From positions 3,793 to 67,792 of the forward strand of contig CAYRPJ010000016.1 of NCBI GenBank assembly GCA_964426245.1: DNA of 64,000 nt. Reading direction: 5' to 3'. Made by a program: the position numbers and the translations under genes. The stretch comes from an uncultured Synergistaceae bacterium. Lineage in GTDB: Bacteria; Synergistota; Synergistia; Synergistales; Aminobacteriaceae. The notes beneath the pieces are model-generated. The model was not told the DNA's origin, did no database searches, and was given only the letters and a program-made list of their open reading frames with translations. Below, piece after piece: positions 8,913-18,478 of the stretch. Numbering within the stretch: the stretch's first letter is position 1; each line of letters starts with the position of its first letter.

Positions 8913-9413
8913 ATGCTGAAAAACGAGGATGCTGTCTTCCTGGTTTTTACAGTCGGGAACAGGTTTTTTGCTCTGCCGGCGGAGAGAGTCGAACGAGTGA
9001 TCGCAGCTGTCGAGACGCTGCCTCTTCCCGGAGCTCCGTCTTTCCTCCGCGGAGTGATAAATTGCGGGGGAGCGGCGATCCCCGTGATCGATCTGAGGGT
9101 GCGCTTCGGTCTGCCTCTGCGGGACATTTTGATAAGCGACCGATTTATCTTCGTAAAAAAAGAAGGGACTCTGTTCGCCTTTCTCGTCGAATTCGTGGAC
9201 GGTGTCCGTTCTCTTCATCCAGCGAAAATTACGCTGCCTGATTCCTCTCTCCGCCGCCCCGGGGAAAAATTCGAAGGATCGCTTGTCGGCATGGAAAACA
9301 AAGAGGAACGCATCATCCTCATCCAGACCGTCGAGACCCTTTTTTCGATGAGCGAAACGGATATTCGTTGCATTGAAAATATCTGTTCGTCTCTTGAAGA
9401 GGCTGTTCAATGA
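8913..9413 (+). CDS. cheW: CheW-like coupling protein
   Basis: FLVFTVGNRFFALPAERVERV, LRGVINCGGAAIPVIDLRVRFGLP. ATG 8913 follows ggagaaggag. Confidence 0.85.
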   Translation: MLKNEDAVFLVFTVGNRFFALPAERVERVIAAVETLPLPGAPSFLRGVINCGGAAIPVIDLRVRFGLPLRDILISDRFIFVKKEGTLFAFLVEFVDGVRSLHPAKITLPDSSLRRPGEKFEGSLVGMENKEERIILIQTVETLFSMSETDIRCIENICSSLEEAVQ

Positions 9414-10885
9414 GGCATCTTCTTCATCACCAGGTTCCGGTTGAGGCCACCGACGATCTTCGGAGATTCGGCAGAGCGGTGGAGGACAATTTCGGGCTGA
9501 GCTTCTCCGAAAAACGGTCGTATGATGTCTGGCGTGCTCTTGTGACGATCGCTTCTGAAAAGGACGAATGTCCCCGCTCTCTTCTCCGCCGTGTGACGGA
9601 AGGCGGTATTCCGGGCGAAATCCACGAAAAACTGGCGGAATGCCTCACTATCGGGGAGACTTATTTTTTCCGCGAGCCGAAGACGTTGAAAGCCTTTGAA
9701 TCGTCCGTGCTCCCCGCCATCGCCGGGGCGAAGGAGAAGCGTCTCAGAATCTGGTGCGCGGGGTGCAGTTCAGGAGAGGAACCATACACACTTTCGATGA
9801 TTCTGCACCGGGCTCTGCCCGATATCCAATCGTGGGATATTTCGATACTGGGTACGGATATCAATCCTCGCGTGCTTGAAAAAGCTCGTCGCGGCGTCTA
9901 CTCGAGATGGTCCTTTCGCGGCCTGGACGACGCTTCAAAGGAGATTTATTTCGATCGCCGCGGCGACGGCGCCTGTTCCGTGAAGCCCGTGTTCAGGCGG
10001 GGAGTCTCCTTCTCCCTTCTCAATCTAACGGACCGGCATTGGCGTCTTTGGAACGACTGCAGCCGTCCGGACGTGATTTTCTGCCGGAACGTCCTGATTT
10101 ATTTTTCCGACCGTCACCGGAAACAGGTCATCGAGCGTTTTTACTCTCTTCTTCCGCCTTCGGGGTGGCTGGTAGTCGCTCCCTGCGAGACTTCAGTCCT
10201 TCTTGCCTCCACATTTACTCCGGTGTACCATGGCGGGGCGACGCTCTACCGAAAGGATGAGCTGCGGAAAGCCTCCGGGCTGCGTTTTTTCGAAGCGGTT
10301 CCGCAGACGGATCTGTTCGACGGGATACACATTTCCGATGATCCGCCGGAAGAAGCGACCGGCATTGAGGCCATCCCGGTCTTCTTCTCCGCGAATCCGG
10401 CCGAATGCTTATTCGAGGAGTCCCGGCCGAATGAAGCTGTTCCGGAGACTCTTGATATTCCGGAAGATTCTCCTCCCTTCTCCCGGGAGGAGTGCCTTGA
10501 AAACGCGCGCCGCCTTGCGGACAAAGGACGCTACGAGGAAGCGCTCGACTGGATTACCAAAGCCAGGAATATTGACGGCGCCGACCCTGTGCCGCTTTTC
10601 CTCACTGCCCTTATCAGGCGGGAACTTGGAGAGGAAAAGGCGGCGGCAGCTTCGCTTCGAGGCGCTCTGTTTCTCGATCCGGAATTCATAATGGCGCATT
10701 ATCTTCTCGGCGCGATCGCTCTCGACGAAGGCCGATCCGGTGAGGCACAACGTCATTTCCGGAATGCGGAGTCGCTTCTTTTCTCAATCGCTTCCGATAC
10801 TCTCCTGCCAGAGGGGGGGGGAGTAAACGCCGGAGAACTCCTGCAGACTGTACGCAGGCTTCAGAAGCGGTCTTTGGGCGGCTAA
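9410..10885 (+). CDS. cheR: CheR-type MCP methyltransferase with C-terminal TPR-like extension
   Basis: YFFREPK, RIWCAGCSSGEEPYTLSMIL, ILGTDINPRVLEKARRGVY, FCRNVLIYF. The C-terminal ~130 aa looks like helical repeats. ATGA overlap with cheW. Confidence 0.85.
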   Translation: MRHLLHHQVPVEATDDLRRFGRAVEDNFGLSFSEKRSYDVWRALVTIASEKDECPRSLLRRVTEGGIPGEIHEKLAECLTIGETYFFREPKTLKAFESSVLPAIAGAKEKRLRIWCAGCSSGEEPYTLSMILHRALPDIQSWDISILGTDINPRVLEKARRGVYSRWSFRGLDDASKEIYFDRRGDGACSVKPVFRRGVSFSLLNLTDRHWRLWNDCSRPDVIFCRNVLIYFSDRHRKQVIERFYSLLPPSGWLVVAPCETSVLLASTFTPVYHGGATLYRKDELRKASGLRFFEAVPQTDLFDGIHISDDPPEEATGIEAIPVFFSANPAECLFEESRPNEAVPETLDIPEDSPPFSREECLENARRLADKGRYEEALDWITKARNIDGADPVPLFLTALIRRELGEEKAAAASLRGALFLDPEFIMAHYLLGAIALDEGRSGEAQRHFRNAESLLFSIASDTLLPEGGGVNAGELLQTVRRLQKRSLGG

Positions 10886-10927
10886 GCCAGGATACGGTTT
10901 CATTGCTGCGGAGGATGGTGGTGACAA

Positions 10928-11473
10928 ATGGAGAACGGAATCGATTCGAAGATCGGAAAAGAAGTAAAATCATCGGCAATTCTTCGGGAAAGGGCGAGAA
11001 AACTCGCCCGGGAAGCGAAAAACGAAGAGACGGATGGATTTATGGAAGTCGTGGAGTTCCGCATCGGAGAGGAACAGTACGCGGTAGGATCTCTGCATGT
11101 AGGGGAGGTCTTCCCGGTGAGGGAGATCACCCCCGTTCCATGTACCCCTTCCTTTGTGGCGGGGATCGTCAATCTCCGCGGGAGAATTGTTTCCATCGTG
11201 GACCTGAAAGTTTTTTTTGATATCCCCAGGACTGATATCACAGGGAAATCGAGGATCATCATCCTTCGTTCAAGAGAAATGGAACTTGGAATTCTGACCG
11301 ATGCGATTGCCGGGGTCCGATGCATACCGCTTCGTGGCATTCATCCGCCGCTGCCGACAATGACAGGGGTACGCGCTGCCTATCTTCTGGGTCTGGCAGG
11401 TGAGGATCTCGTCGTCCTGGACGGCGCTAAACTGCTCGGGGATGTATCGCTCGTTGTAAACGAAGAAGTCTAG
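10928..11473 (+). CDS. cheW: second CheW-like coupling protein
   Basis: VVEFRIGEEQYAVGSLHVGEV, FVAGIVNLRGRIVSIVDLKVFF. Confidence 0.85.
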   Translation: MENGIDSKIGKEVKSSAILRERARKLAREAKNEETDGFMEVVEFRIGEEQYAVGSLHVGEVFPVREITPVPCTPSFVAGIVNLRGRIVSIVDLKVFFDIPRTDITGKSRIIILRSREMELGILTDAIAGVRCIPLRGIHPPLPTMTGVRAAYLLGLAGEDLVVLDGAKLLGDVSLVVNEEV

Positions 11474-11492
11474 ATCTGCGAGGAGGGGCACG

Positions 11493-13175
11493 ATGCTCAC
11501 ATTGAAAAACGTAACCATCGCAAAAAAACTTGCGCTCGGATTCGGGACAGTTGTTCTGCTGTTCATTGCTCTTGGACTGACGGGAATGTTCGGTGTCTGG
11601 AATCTCTCCGCCGATATCGATTACATAGTGAAAAACCGTATTTCCGACCTCCGCTCTCTTGCGGGGTTGAACTATCAGCGAATGATCATCAGAGCCGAGA
11701 CTCTCGAGGTTATGCTCGCCGAAAACAGCACGAACCGGGATGATGTGCTTCGGCGTGTCATTGACCGGCGAAGTAAAGCTTGGGCCCGGATCGACGAAGA
11801 CTGGAAAGAGCTTCTCGCTGTTCCGAGGCACATGGAAAAGGGGAGGCAGCTTCTCGAATTGATCAAGGTGCAGTACGATTCCTGGCGAAGGATTCATGCA
11901 GAAATCGACAGGGTTTTGTCGGAGATTGTCCGAAATACCGACGAGGATCGGAAGGCGCTTCTCTACCAGGAGTACCGGAGCCTGACTAGCCGAATGATCC
12001 CTGTCTCCGACACAATGGGAAAGGCATTCGAGGATCTGACCCGCAACAACAACGAACAGACCGATATCCTGATCCGGCAGAACGTGGAGAAGAGAAACTA
12101 TATTGAGACGATGTCGATGTTTGAGATAATCTTCGGCATCTTGCTTGCCGTCTTCATGATGGTGGTCATCTCGCGGAGCATCTCTCTTCCGATCAGATCG
12201 GCTGTGGAATTTCTTTCTCGCCTTCGGAACGGGGATCTTCGGGAGGATGTGCCGCAGGAGTTCCTTTCCCGAAAGGACGAGATCGGCGTGCTGGCCAGGG
12301 CGGTCCAGGATCTTACCTGCGATCTTCGTTCGCAGATCGTCTCCATGAAAGATGTGATCTCCGCGCTTGCGTCGTTGGCGTACCAGGTATCGGCGTCGGT
12401 CTCCGAAGTGACCGCAGGCGCTGAAGAGACTTCCGTCGCTGTCCTTCAGACCACCGCCACGATGGAAGAGGTTCGCACGACTGCAGAGGTCACCAGCAGG
12501 AAGAGCAAGGAAGTTGCCGAGAGCGCCCAGCAGGGGCTGCAGGTGGTGCAGAAGGGAAAAACGGCGACGGATGCTCTCGTCGACGGCATGCAGCATATCG
12601 GAGAACGCATGAACTCGATTGCGGAGACGATCGTCAGGCTCAGTGAGCAAAGCCAGGAAGTCGGGGAGATCACCGAGACGGTGGAGGATCTCGCCGAGCA
12701 GTCGAACCTTCTCGCGGTGAACGCGGCTGTTGAAGCTGCCAAGGCAGGAGAGCAGGGCCGCGGATTCTCGGTAGTGGCGCAGGAGATCAAGAGCCTTGCC
12801 GAGCAGTCGAAACAGTCTGCGAAAGAAGTTCAGCGGATCCTCAGGGATATTCAGAAAGCGACGAGCGCGTCGGTGATGGCGATCGAACAGGGTTCAAAAG
12901 CTGTGGAACAGGGAGCGAAGGACGCAATACCGTCAAAGGAGTCCATCAATGCCATCACGAAGCGGTTTGTTGAATCCGCCCAGTCGGCAGCGCAGATAGC
13001 CGCTGCGAATAATGAGCTTCTTGCCGGAATGGACCAGGTGACCCAGGCGATGGAAAGCATAAAGGCCGCGGGCGAGCAGAATGTGACAGGGATGAAGGAT
13101 CTCGAATCGGCCTCGGGCGACCTGAAGGAGATGGGGGCCAAGCTCAAACTCCTGGCGGAGCGATACAGGGTCTGA
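11493..13175 (+). CDS. methyl-accepting chemotaxis protein (N-terminal helical sensor, TM, HAMP, signalling domain)
   Basis: Two hydrophobic segments flank a ~170-aa periplasmic helical region. Conserved hairpin tip EQSNLLAVNAAVEAAKAGEQGRGFSVVAQEIKSLAEQS. Confidence 0.9.
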   Translation: MLTLKNVTIAKKLALGFGTVVLLFIALGLTGMFGVWNLSADIDYIVKNRISDLRSLAGLNYQRMIIRAETLEVMLAENSTNRDDVLRRVIDRRSKAWARIDEDWKELLAVPRHMEKGRQLLELIKVQYDSWRRIHAEIDRVLSEIVRNTDEDRKALLYQEYRSLTSRMIPVSDTMGKAFEDLTRNNNEQTDILIRQNVEKRNYIETMSMFEIIFGILLAVFMMVVISRSISLPIRSAVEFLSRLRNGDLREDVPQEFLSRKDEIGVLARAVQDLTCDLRSQIVSMKDVISALASLAYQVSASVSEVTAGAEETSVAVLQTTATMEEVRTTAEVTSRKSKEVAESAQQGLQVVQKGKTATDALVDGMQHIGERMNSIAETIVRLSEQSQEVGEITETVEDLAEQSNLLAVNAAVEAAKAGEQGRGFSVVAQEIKSLAEQSKQSAKEVQRILRDIQKATSASVMAIEQGSKAVEQGAKDAIPSKESINAITKRFVESAQSAAQIAAANNELLAGMDQVTQAMESIKAAGEQNVTGMKDLESASGDLKEMGAKLKLLAERYRV

Positions 13176-13198
13176 AAAAGTGAGATGAAGGAGCGGGC

Positions 13199-15532
13199 AT
13201 GAAGCAGGCGGACCAGGAATTTCTCGAAGAGCTGCGCAGAGATTTTGTACCTGAGGCGGAGGAGTATCTGCAAACCATCGTCTCGGGTCTGCTTGACCTG
13301 GAAAAGACTCCGGAAGAGTCTTCCGGAGTGCTGGAGGAGGTGTTCCGTGCCGCGCACAGCCTCAAGGGCGCCGCGCAGGCCGTTCAGCTGCGGGGAGTTT
13401 CTTCGGTGTGCCAGGTTATGGAAAGTGTGTTTTCCGGTATGAAAAAAGGGATGCTCCATCCTTCAGCGGATGACTTCGACACGCTCCAGAGAGCGGCGGA
13501 CGCTCTCTCCGGCATGACTGCTTTCCCGGGCCGTCAGGATGGGCAGAACGTGGACGTTCTCGTCCAGGATCTTGAAAAGATTCTCACCCCGAAGAGAAAC
13601 GCCGCACCGCCTCTGAGAACTCCGGTTCTCCGGAAAAAAACGGAGGAGGCGCCTCCAATCGACGAGGAGCCGGCGCGAGGAAAGGAGAAACCAGCGCCGC
13701 CGACTTTTTGCCCCGAAGAGGAGCCCTTTTCCGGAGGGCAGCAGCCGGTTGCTTTCAAGCGGAAGGATGAACCGCCCAGGAGCATCTCGCAGGACTCGGT
13801 ACGAATCGGGGCGGCCAAGCTTGATGCTCTGCTCTTCAAGGCGGAAGAGCTCATATCCGTGAATCTCGCCCTGGCGGTGCGAATGGAGGAGATTCGCGAT
13901 CTTCTCGCGCTCGTCTCGGAGTGGAGGACCGAATGGGAACGGGCGTTTGCGAATCTTCAGCGGGGAGGTTTCGGCATGGAAACGCTCCCTCCTCCGTTAC
14001 GGGAATTCTTTCAGCACGAAAGAGCCAGTCTGCGAAGCCTGAACGAAAAAATCCGCGATATGGGAAAAGCGCTTCGAGCGGACCAGCGAAACGCCGGCGG
14101 GCTTATCCACGACCTGCTGGAAGGGACCCGCAATATACTCATGCTTCCTTTCTCCTCTCTTCTGCAGTCCTTCCCGAAGATCGTGCGGGATCTCTCCCGG
14201 GAGCTCGGCAAGGAAGCGGAGACCGTTGTGCGCGGAGGCGATATCGAAGTCGACAAGCGGATTCTCGAAGGGTTGAAGGATCCTCTCGTTCACCTGGTGC
14301 GCAACTGCCTCGATCACGGCCTGGAAAATAAGGGGGATCGCCTTTCCGCCGGCAAACCTGCCTGCGGAACGATTACCATCGCTGTCTCCCAGGTGGAAGG
14401 GAGCCGCGTGGAGCTGCTGGTCGCCGACGACGGAAGAGGGCTTGATCCCGACAAACTTCGCGAAAGCGCAATAAAAGCGGGAATCCTCTCCCGAGATGAT
14501 GCGGCTGCTCTTGACGATGCTTCGGCGCTGATGCTGATCTTCAGATCCGGGGTTTCGACGAGCCCTATTATTACCGATATATCAGGCAGGGGTCTGGGCA
14601 TGGCCATTGTCCAGGAGGGCGTGGAGACCCTCGGAGGTACACTCTCTCTGAATTCCACACAGGGGAAGGAGACGGTCTTCCGGCTCTCTCTTCCTCTTAC
14701 ATTGGCAACATTCCGCGGAGTATTGGTAGAGGAGTGGGGACACCTTTTTGTGATCCCATCCGCAAGTGTCGAGAGGGTGGCCCGGATTGAGAAAAAACGA
14801 ATCAAACATGTCGAACAGCGGGACACCATCTCGTTCAGCGGTGTGCCTCTCGCTCTCGCACGCCTGGGGCAGGTTCTCGAACTGCCTTCCCCTGCCGAGC
14901 GCTCCTCCCCCCGGGACACTCAAACCGTCGTCGTGCTGGGCTCCGGAAATGTCTCGGCCGCATTCGGCGTCGACAGGGTGCTCAACGAGCAGGAGGTTCT
15001 TCTGAAACCTCTGGGAAAGCAGCTTCAAAGGATCCGAAATATTGCAGGAGCGACCGTGCTCGGCTCGGGCAAGGTGGTTCCGGTCCTCAACGCTGCGGAT
15101 CTCATACGCTCAGTGAAAAGGGGCGGTTCGGGACATGCATTTTCCCCGGCGGGCACAGAGGCGGACGTTCGAAAGAAAGTACTCGTCGTAGAGGACTCCA
15201 TCACCTCCAGGACGCTGATTAGAAATATCCTGGCGGCGGGGGGGTATGACGTCCGGACTGCTGTCGACGGGCAGGAAGCATGGGAGGCCCTTTCAATGAG
15301 CACATTCGATATTGTTGTCTCCGATGTCGAGATGCCGAGGATGAACGGCTTCGACCTGACGGCAAGAATTCGTTCCGAATCGTCGACTGCGGATATCCCT
15401 GTCATACTCGTGACTTCGCTCGAGTCGCGCGAGGACCGGGAACGCGGAGTTGAGGCCGGAGCCGATGCATACATAGTGAAAAGCGGTTTCGATCAGGGAA
15501 GTCTTCTTGAGGTGATGCGTCGTCTCTTATAG
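13199..15532 (+). CDS. cheA: hybrid CheA histidine kinase with C-terminal receiver (WspE-like)
   Basis: HPt AAHSLKGAAQAV. HATPase blocks HLVRNCLDHGLE, DDGRGLD, GRGLGMAIV. CheW-like domain. C-terminal REC VLVVEDS..VVSDVEMPRMNG..IVKS. Confidence 0.9.
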   Translation: MKQADQEFLEELRRDFVPEAEEYLQTIVSGLLDLEKTPEESSGVLEEVFRAAHSLKGAAQAVQLRGVSSVCQVMESVFSGMKKGMLHPSADDFDTLQRAADALSGMTAFPGRQDGQNVDVLVQDLEKILTPKRNAAPPLRTPVLRKKTEEAPPIDEEPARGKEKPAPPTFCPEEEPFSGGQQPVAFKRKDEPPRSISQDSVRIGAAKLDALLFKAEELISVNLALAVRMEEIRDLLALVSEWRTEWERAFANLQRGGFGMETLPPPLREFFQHERASLRSLNEKIRDMGKALRADQRNAGGLIHDLLEGTRNILMLPFSSLLQSFPKIVRDLSRELGKEAETVVRGGDIEVDKRILEGLKDPLVHLVRNCLDHGLENKGDRLSAGKPACGTITIAVSQVEGSRVELLVADDGRGLDPDKLRESAIKAGILSRDDAAALDDASALMLIFRSGVSTSPIITDISGRGLGMAIVQEGVETLGGTLSLNSTQGKETVFRLSLPLTLATFRGVLVEEWGHLFVIPSASVERVARIEKKRIKHVEQRDTISFSGVPLALARLGQVLELPSPAERSSPRDTQTVVVLGSGNVSAAFGVDRVLNEQEVLLKPLGKQLQRIRNIAGATVLGSGKVVPVLNAADLIRSVKRGGSGHAFSPAGTEADVRKKVLVVEDSITSRTLIRNILAAGGYDVRTAVDGQEAWEALSMSTFDIVVSDVEMPRMNGFDLTARIRSESSTADIPVILVTSLESREDRERGVEAGADAYIVKSGFDQGSLLEVMRRLL

Positions 15533-15564
15533 AAGACGGCGCTGGGGAGAGGAAGGCGGTCGGA

Positions 15565-16704
15565 ATGCCCGATGTTCTTATAGTAGATGATTCGGCATTG
15601 CTGCGAAAAATTCTGAAACAGATGCTGAGCCAGGATTCCGAACTGAACGTGGTCGGATGCGTGGAGAGCGGCGAGGCCGCGCTGAAGTTCCTCGAGACGG
15701 AATCCGTCGATGTTGTCACGATGGACATTCACATGCCGGGTATGGACGGCTTCGAGGCTACAAGGCGCATCATGGAATCCTGCCGGCCGGTTCCCGTGGT
15801 CATCGTCAGTTCATGCTGGGATCCCCTTGAAGTCGAGAAGACTTTCCGTGCAATGGATGCCGGAGCGGTAGCCATTCTTCCCAAGCCGGAGGAAATTTTT
15901 TCCGTAGCGTCGGAATACTGCCGGGAACTTGTAAAGACGGTGAAAGTCGCGGCACTGTCGAAAGTGGAACGGCTGCGCCAGAGGAGGTTCCCGGAGAGGC
16001 GGGAAAACGCTTCTCACAGGCTACCGACAACAACGGCGGTACCTGCGGAGCTTGCCAAGGAGGGGTCATATCCGCATTTCGAATCCGAACTGCGGACAAG
16101 AGAAAGGGAGATCAAGATTGTCGCCGTCGGCGCTTCAACAGGAGGACCGCAGGCCTTGTCGGAATTTCTCTCCCGTATTCCTCTGACTTTTTCACGCCCC
16201 CTCCTGATAGTGCAGCATATTGCGGCCGGTTTTACGCCCGGACTGGCGGAATGGCTCGACAGACTGACCCCCTTATCGGTCAAAGTCGCGGAGAACGGCG
16301 AAACCCCGAAACAAGGAACTGCTTACATCGCTCCCGAGGGGGTCCATCTCGGTGTGCGACCCGGAGGCGCCCTGTTGTTCTCGAAGGGGCCGCCCGAGCA
16401 CATGGTACGCCCTTCGGCTTCATGGCTTTTTCGGACGGTTGCCGCAGTCTACGGCGGAGACGCGGCGGCCATCCTCTTTTCCGGCATGGGAAAAGACGGG
16501 GCGGAGGAGTTGAAGACGCTTCGAGACCTCGGAGCCGCCACTTTTGCCCAGAGCAAAGAAAGTTCGGTCGTATGGGGAATGCCCGGCGAGGCGGTCCGGA
16601 TCGGCGCCGTCGAACATGTGGCCGCACCGTCGGAAATAGCATCCGCACTGTCGGAATTGCTCCAAAGGGAGACAGGAAACCTGAAACGCGAAGAGCGTCG
16701 GTGA
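15565..16704 (+). CDS. cheB: CheB-type receiver/methylesterase
   Basis: REC VLIVDDS..VTMDIHMPGMDG. Esterase blocks VAVGASTGGPQAL, LIVQHI, GMGKDGA. Confidence 0.9.
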   Translation: MPDVLIVDDSALLRKILKQMLSQDSELNVVGCVESGEAALKFLETESVDVVTMDIHMPGMDGFEATRRIMESCRPVPVVIVSSCWDPLEVEKTFRAMDAGAVAILPKPEEIFSVASEYCRELVKTVKVAALSKVERLRQRRFPERRENASHRLPTTTAVPAELAKEGSYPHFESELRTREREIKIVAVGASTGGPQALSEFLSRIPLTFSRPLLIVQHIAAGFTPGLAEWLDRLTPLSVKVAENGETPKQGTAYIAPEGVHLGVRPGGALLFSKGPPEHMVRPSASWLFRTVAAVYGGDAAAILFSGMGKDGAEELKTLRDLGAATFAQSKESSVVWGMPGEAVRIGAVEHVAAPSEIASALSELLQRETGNLKREERR

Positions 16705-16732
16705 AGAATACAGCAAACGGAGGGAATGCTCC

Positions 16733-18130
16733 ATGGATCTCGCAAACAAAGCTCAATCCGGAAAGGCCAACGCGGAAATCCTCATCGTCGAGGATAGCCT
16801 GACTCAGGCGAAACGATTGGAACGGCTTCTCGTCGAAAACGGATTCGTCGTTTCCATGGCCCGGAACGGCAGCGAGGGGCTGAAACTCGTTCGAAGCAAA
16901 AAACCGTCCGTGGTCGTTTCCGATGTGATGATGCCTGAAATGGACGGTTACGAGATGTGCCGAAACATTAAAAACGAAGAGGAGTTGAAGGGAATACCGG
17001 TGGTCCTTCTCACGTCTCTCTCGGATCCGAGGGATGTCATCAAGGGGTTGCAGTGCGGTGCGGACAATTTCCTCACCAAGCCCTATGACGGAGAACACCT
17101 GATCCGGAGGCTCGAACACATCCTGACCAATCTCGAGCTGAGGCGTTCCGGGCAGGCTCAGATGAGCGTCGAGGTCTTCTTCGCCGGGCAGTATCACCGC
17201 CTTACCGCGGACAGGATCCAGATCATCGATCTCCTGCTCTCCACCTTCGAAGCGGCTGTGCTTCAGAGCTCCCAGCTTGAAAAGCTCGGCGGAGACTACA
17301 GAAACGCCCTTGAAGATGTGAAACGCGCGCAAGCCAATTTCCAGACACTTATGGAGACCACGGGGGACGCCGTGGTCGTTGTCGGAAGCGACGGAACGAT
17401 CTATTACGTCAATCCGGCGGCTGAACTGCTCTTCGACAACGAAGCGTCGAAACTGGTCGGAACCCCATTCGCATTTCCGTTGGAGGGCGAAGAGCACCGT
17501 GAGGTGACGATCACCCGGTCCGACGGGGAAAAGATTGTGGGAGACATGCGGGTGGCGACATCGAATTGGGACGGGGAGCTTGTCCGTTTCGCCACGATAC
17601 GGGATATCACCGAGATGGTTCGTCTCCGGGAACTCCTGAAGACAGAAACCATCACCGATGCCCTGACAGGCCTTCACAACCGGAGGGGCTTTCTGACGAT
17701 GGGGGAGAACTGTCTCCGGCTCGCAGAGCGGATGGAAATGAAGGTCTCCTGTCTTTTCGCGGATCTCGACGGTTTCAAAGCCGTAAACGACACCCTCGGC
17801 CACGAGGAAGGAGACAGGGTGCTCCGTGAGACAGCGGAGATCCTGAGGAGAACGTGCCGTTCATCGGATATACTGGCCCGCGTCGGAGGAGATGAATTCG
17901 CCGCTCTCATGCTCCATAACGGAGAGGGGGACATCGCGGATATTCCGGCGCGTCTGCAGAAGGCCCTCGATGAAGTCAACCGCCGTACCGAAAGGATATA
18001 CCCCATTGCCATGAGTATCGGTACGAGTCTCTGGACACCGGAGGCTCCACGTTCCCTCGGAGAACTCATGTCCGCTGCCGACAAAGAAATGTATACGAGC
18101 AAGGAATCGAAAAAAAAATCGCAGAGCTAG
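16733..18130 (+). CDS. REC-PAS-GGDEF response regulator (diguanylate cyclase, WspR-like output)
   Basis: REC ILIVEDS..VVSDVMMPEMDG..FLTKP. PAS TGDAVVVVGSDGTIYYVNPAAELLF. Intact GGDEF (ARVGGDEFAAL) with an RSSD I-site five residues upstream. Confidence 0.9.
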   Translation: MDLANKAQSGKANAEILIVEDSLTQAKRLERLLVENGFVVSMARNGSEGLKLVRSKKPSVVVSDVMMPEMDGYEMCRNIKNEEELKGIPVVLLTSLSDPRDVIKGLQCGADNFLTKPYDGEHLIRRLEHILTNLELRRSGQAQMSVEVFFAGQYHRLTADRIQIIDLLLSTFEAAVLQSSQLEKLGGDYRNALEDVKRAQANFQTLMETTGDAVVVVGSDGTIYYVNPAAELLFDNEASKLVGTPFAFPLEGEEHREVTITRSDGEKIVGDMRVATSNWDGELVRFATIRDITEMVRLRELLKTETITDALTGLHNRRGFLTMGENCLRLAERMEMKVSCLFADLDGFKAVNDTLGHEEGDRVLRETAEILRRTCRSSDILARVGGDEFAALMLHNGEGDIADIPARLQKALDEVNRRTERIYPIAMSIGTSLWTPEAPRSLGELMSAADKEMYTSKESKKKSQS

Positions 18131-18141
18131 CGTTTTTTAAG

Positions 18142-18170
18142 TTGACGTCTCCACAGAGAGTGGATATAAT
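18142..18170 (+). promoter_or_regulatory. sigma70 promoter of the T-box/lysA transcript
   Basis: TTGACG (18142-18147), 17 nt, TATAAT (18165-18170). Confidence 0.7.
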
Positions 18171-18189
18171 ACGTCGAAATATGAAATGT

Positions 18190-18441
18190 ACACGCGATGA
18201 TGCAGAGTGTCCCGGTCCGGTTCTGTCGCCAGAGAGAGAAACCCGCAGGCTGGAAGGTTTCTTCGGCAGGGAATAGGGGCATAAAGACTGCGGAGCAAGG
18301 GCCGAAACGGCGGAATGCCGGAAGTACGTCCTCGGGAGGCTCCCGTCACAGGGCTCAGAGTGGGACGCATGGAGTGCGTCCAAGCAGGGTGGTACCGCGA
18401 GGCTTATGGCTCGTCCCTTCATAGGGACGGGCCGTTTTTTT
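18190..18441 (+). promoter_or_regulatory. T-box leader (tRNA-sensing riboswitch), specifier AAG (Lys)
   Basis: K-turn GCGAUGA (18194-18200) with closing GAGCA. AGAGA bulge. Specifier loop AUA-AAG-A (AAG 18284-18286, conserved A 18287). T-box motif GGGUGGUACCGCG (18387-18399). Terminator ggctcgtccct/tcat/agggacgggcc (18408-18433) plus U-run. Confidence 0.8.
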
Positions 18442-18478
18442 ATACTCGGCGCGTAGGAAAGAGAGAGGTGCGCTTATT

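Noticed and set aside
11427-12650. 407-aa ORF on the minus strand
   Set aside because: It is antisense to the MCP gene, with no motifs.
16280-17803. 507-aa ORF on the minus strand
   Set aside because: It is antisense to the clearly recognisable cheB and REC-PAS-GGDEF genes. Its translation is R/P/G-rich with no family motifs. This is the usual long spurious antisense frame of GC-rich DNA.
18131-18478. Expected lysine (L-box) riboswitch upstream of lysA
   Set aside because: I could not find the L-box conserved cores. The region instead carries T-box hallmarks (GGGUGGUACCGCG, K-turn, specifier loop).
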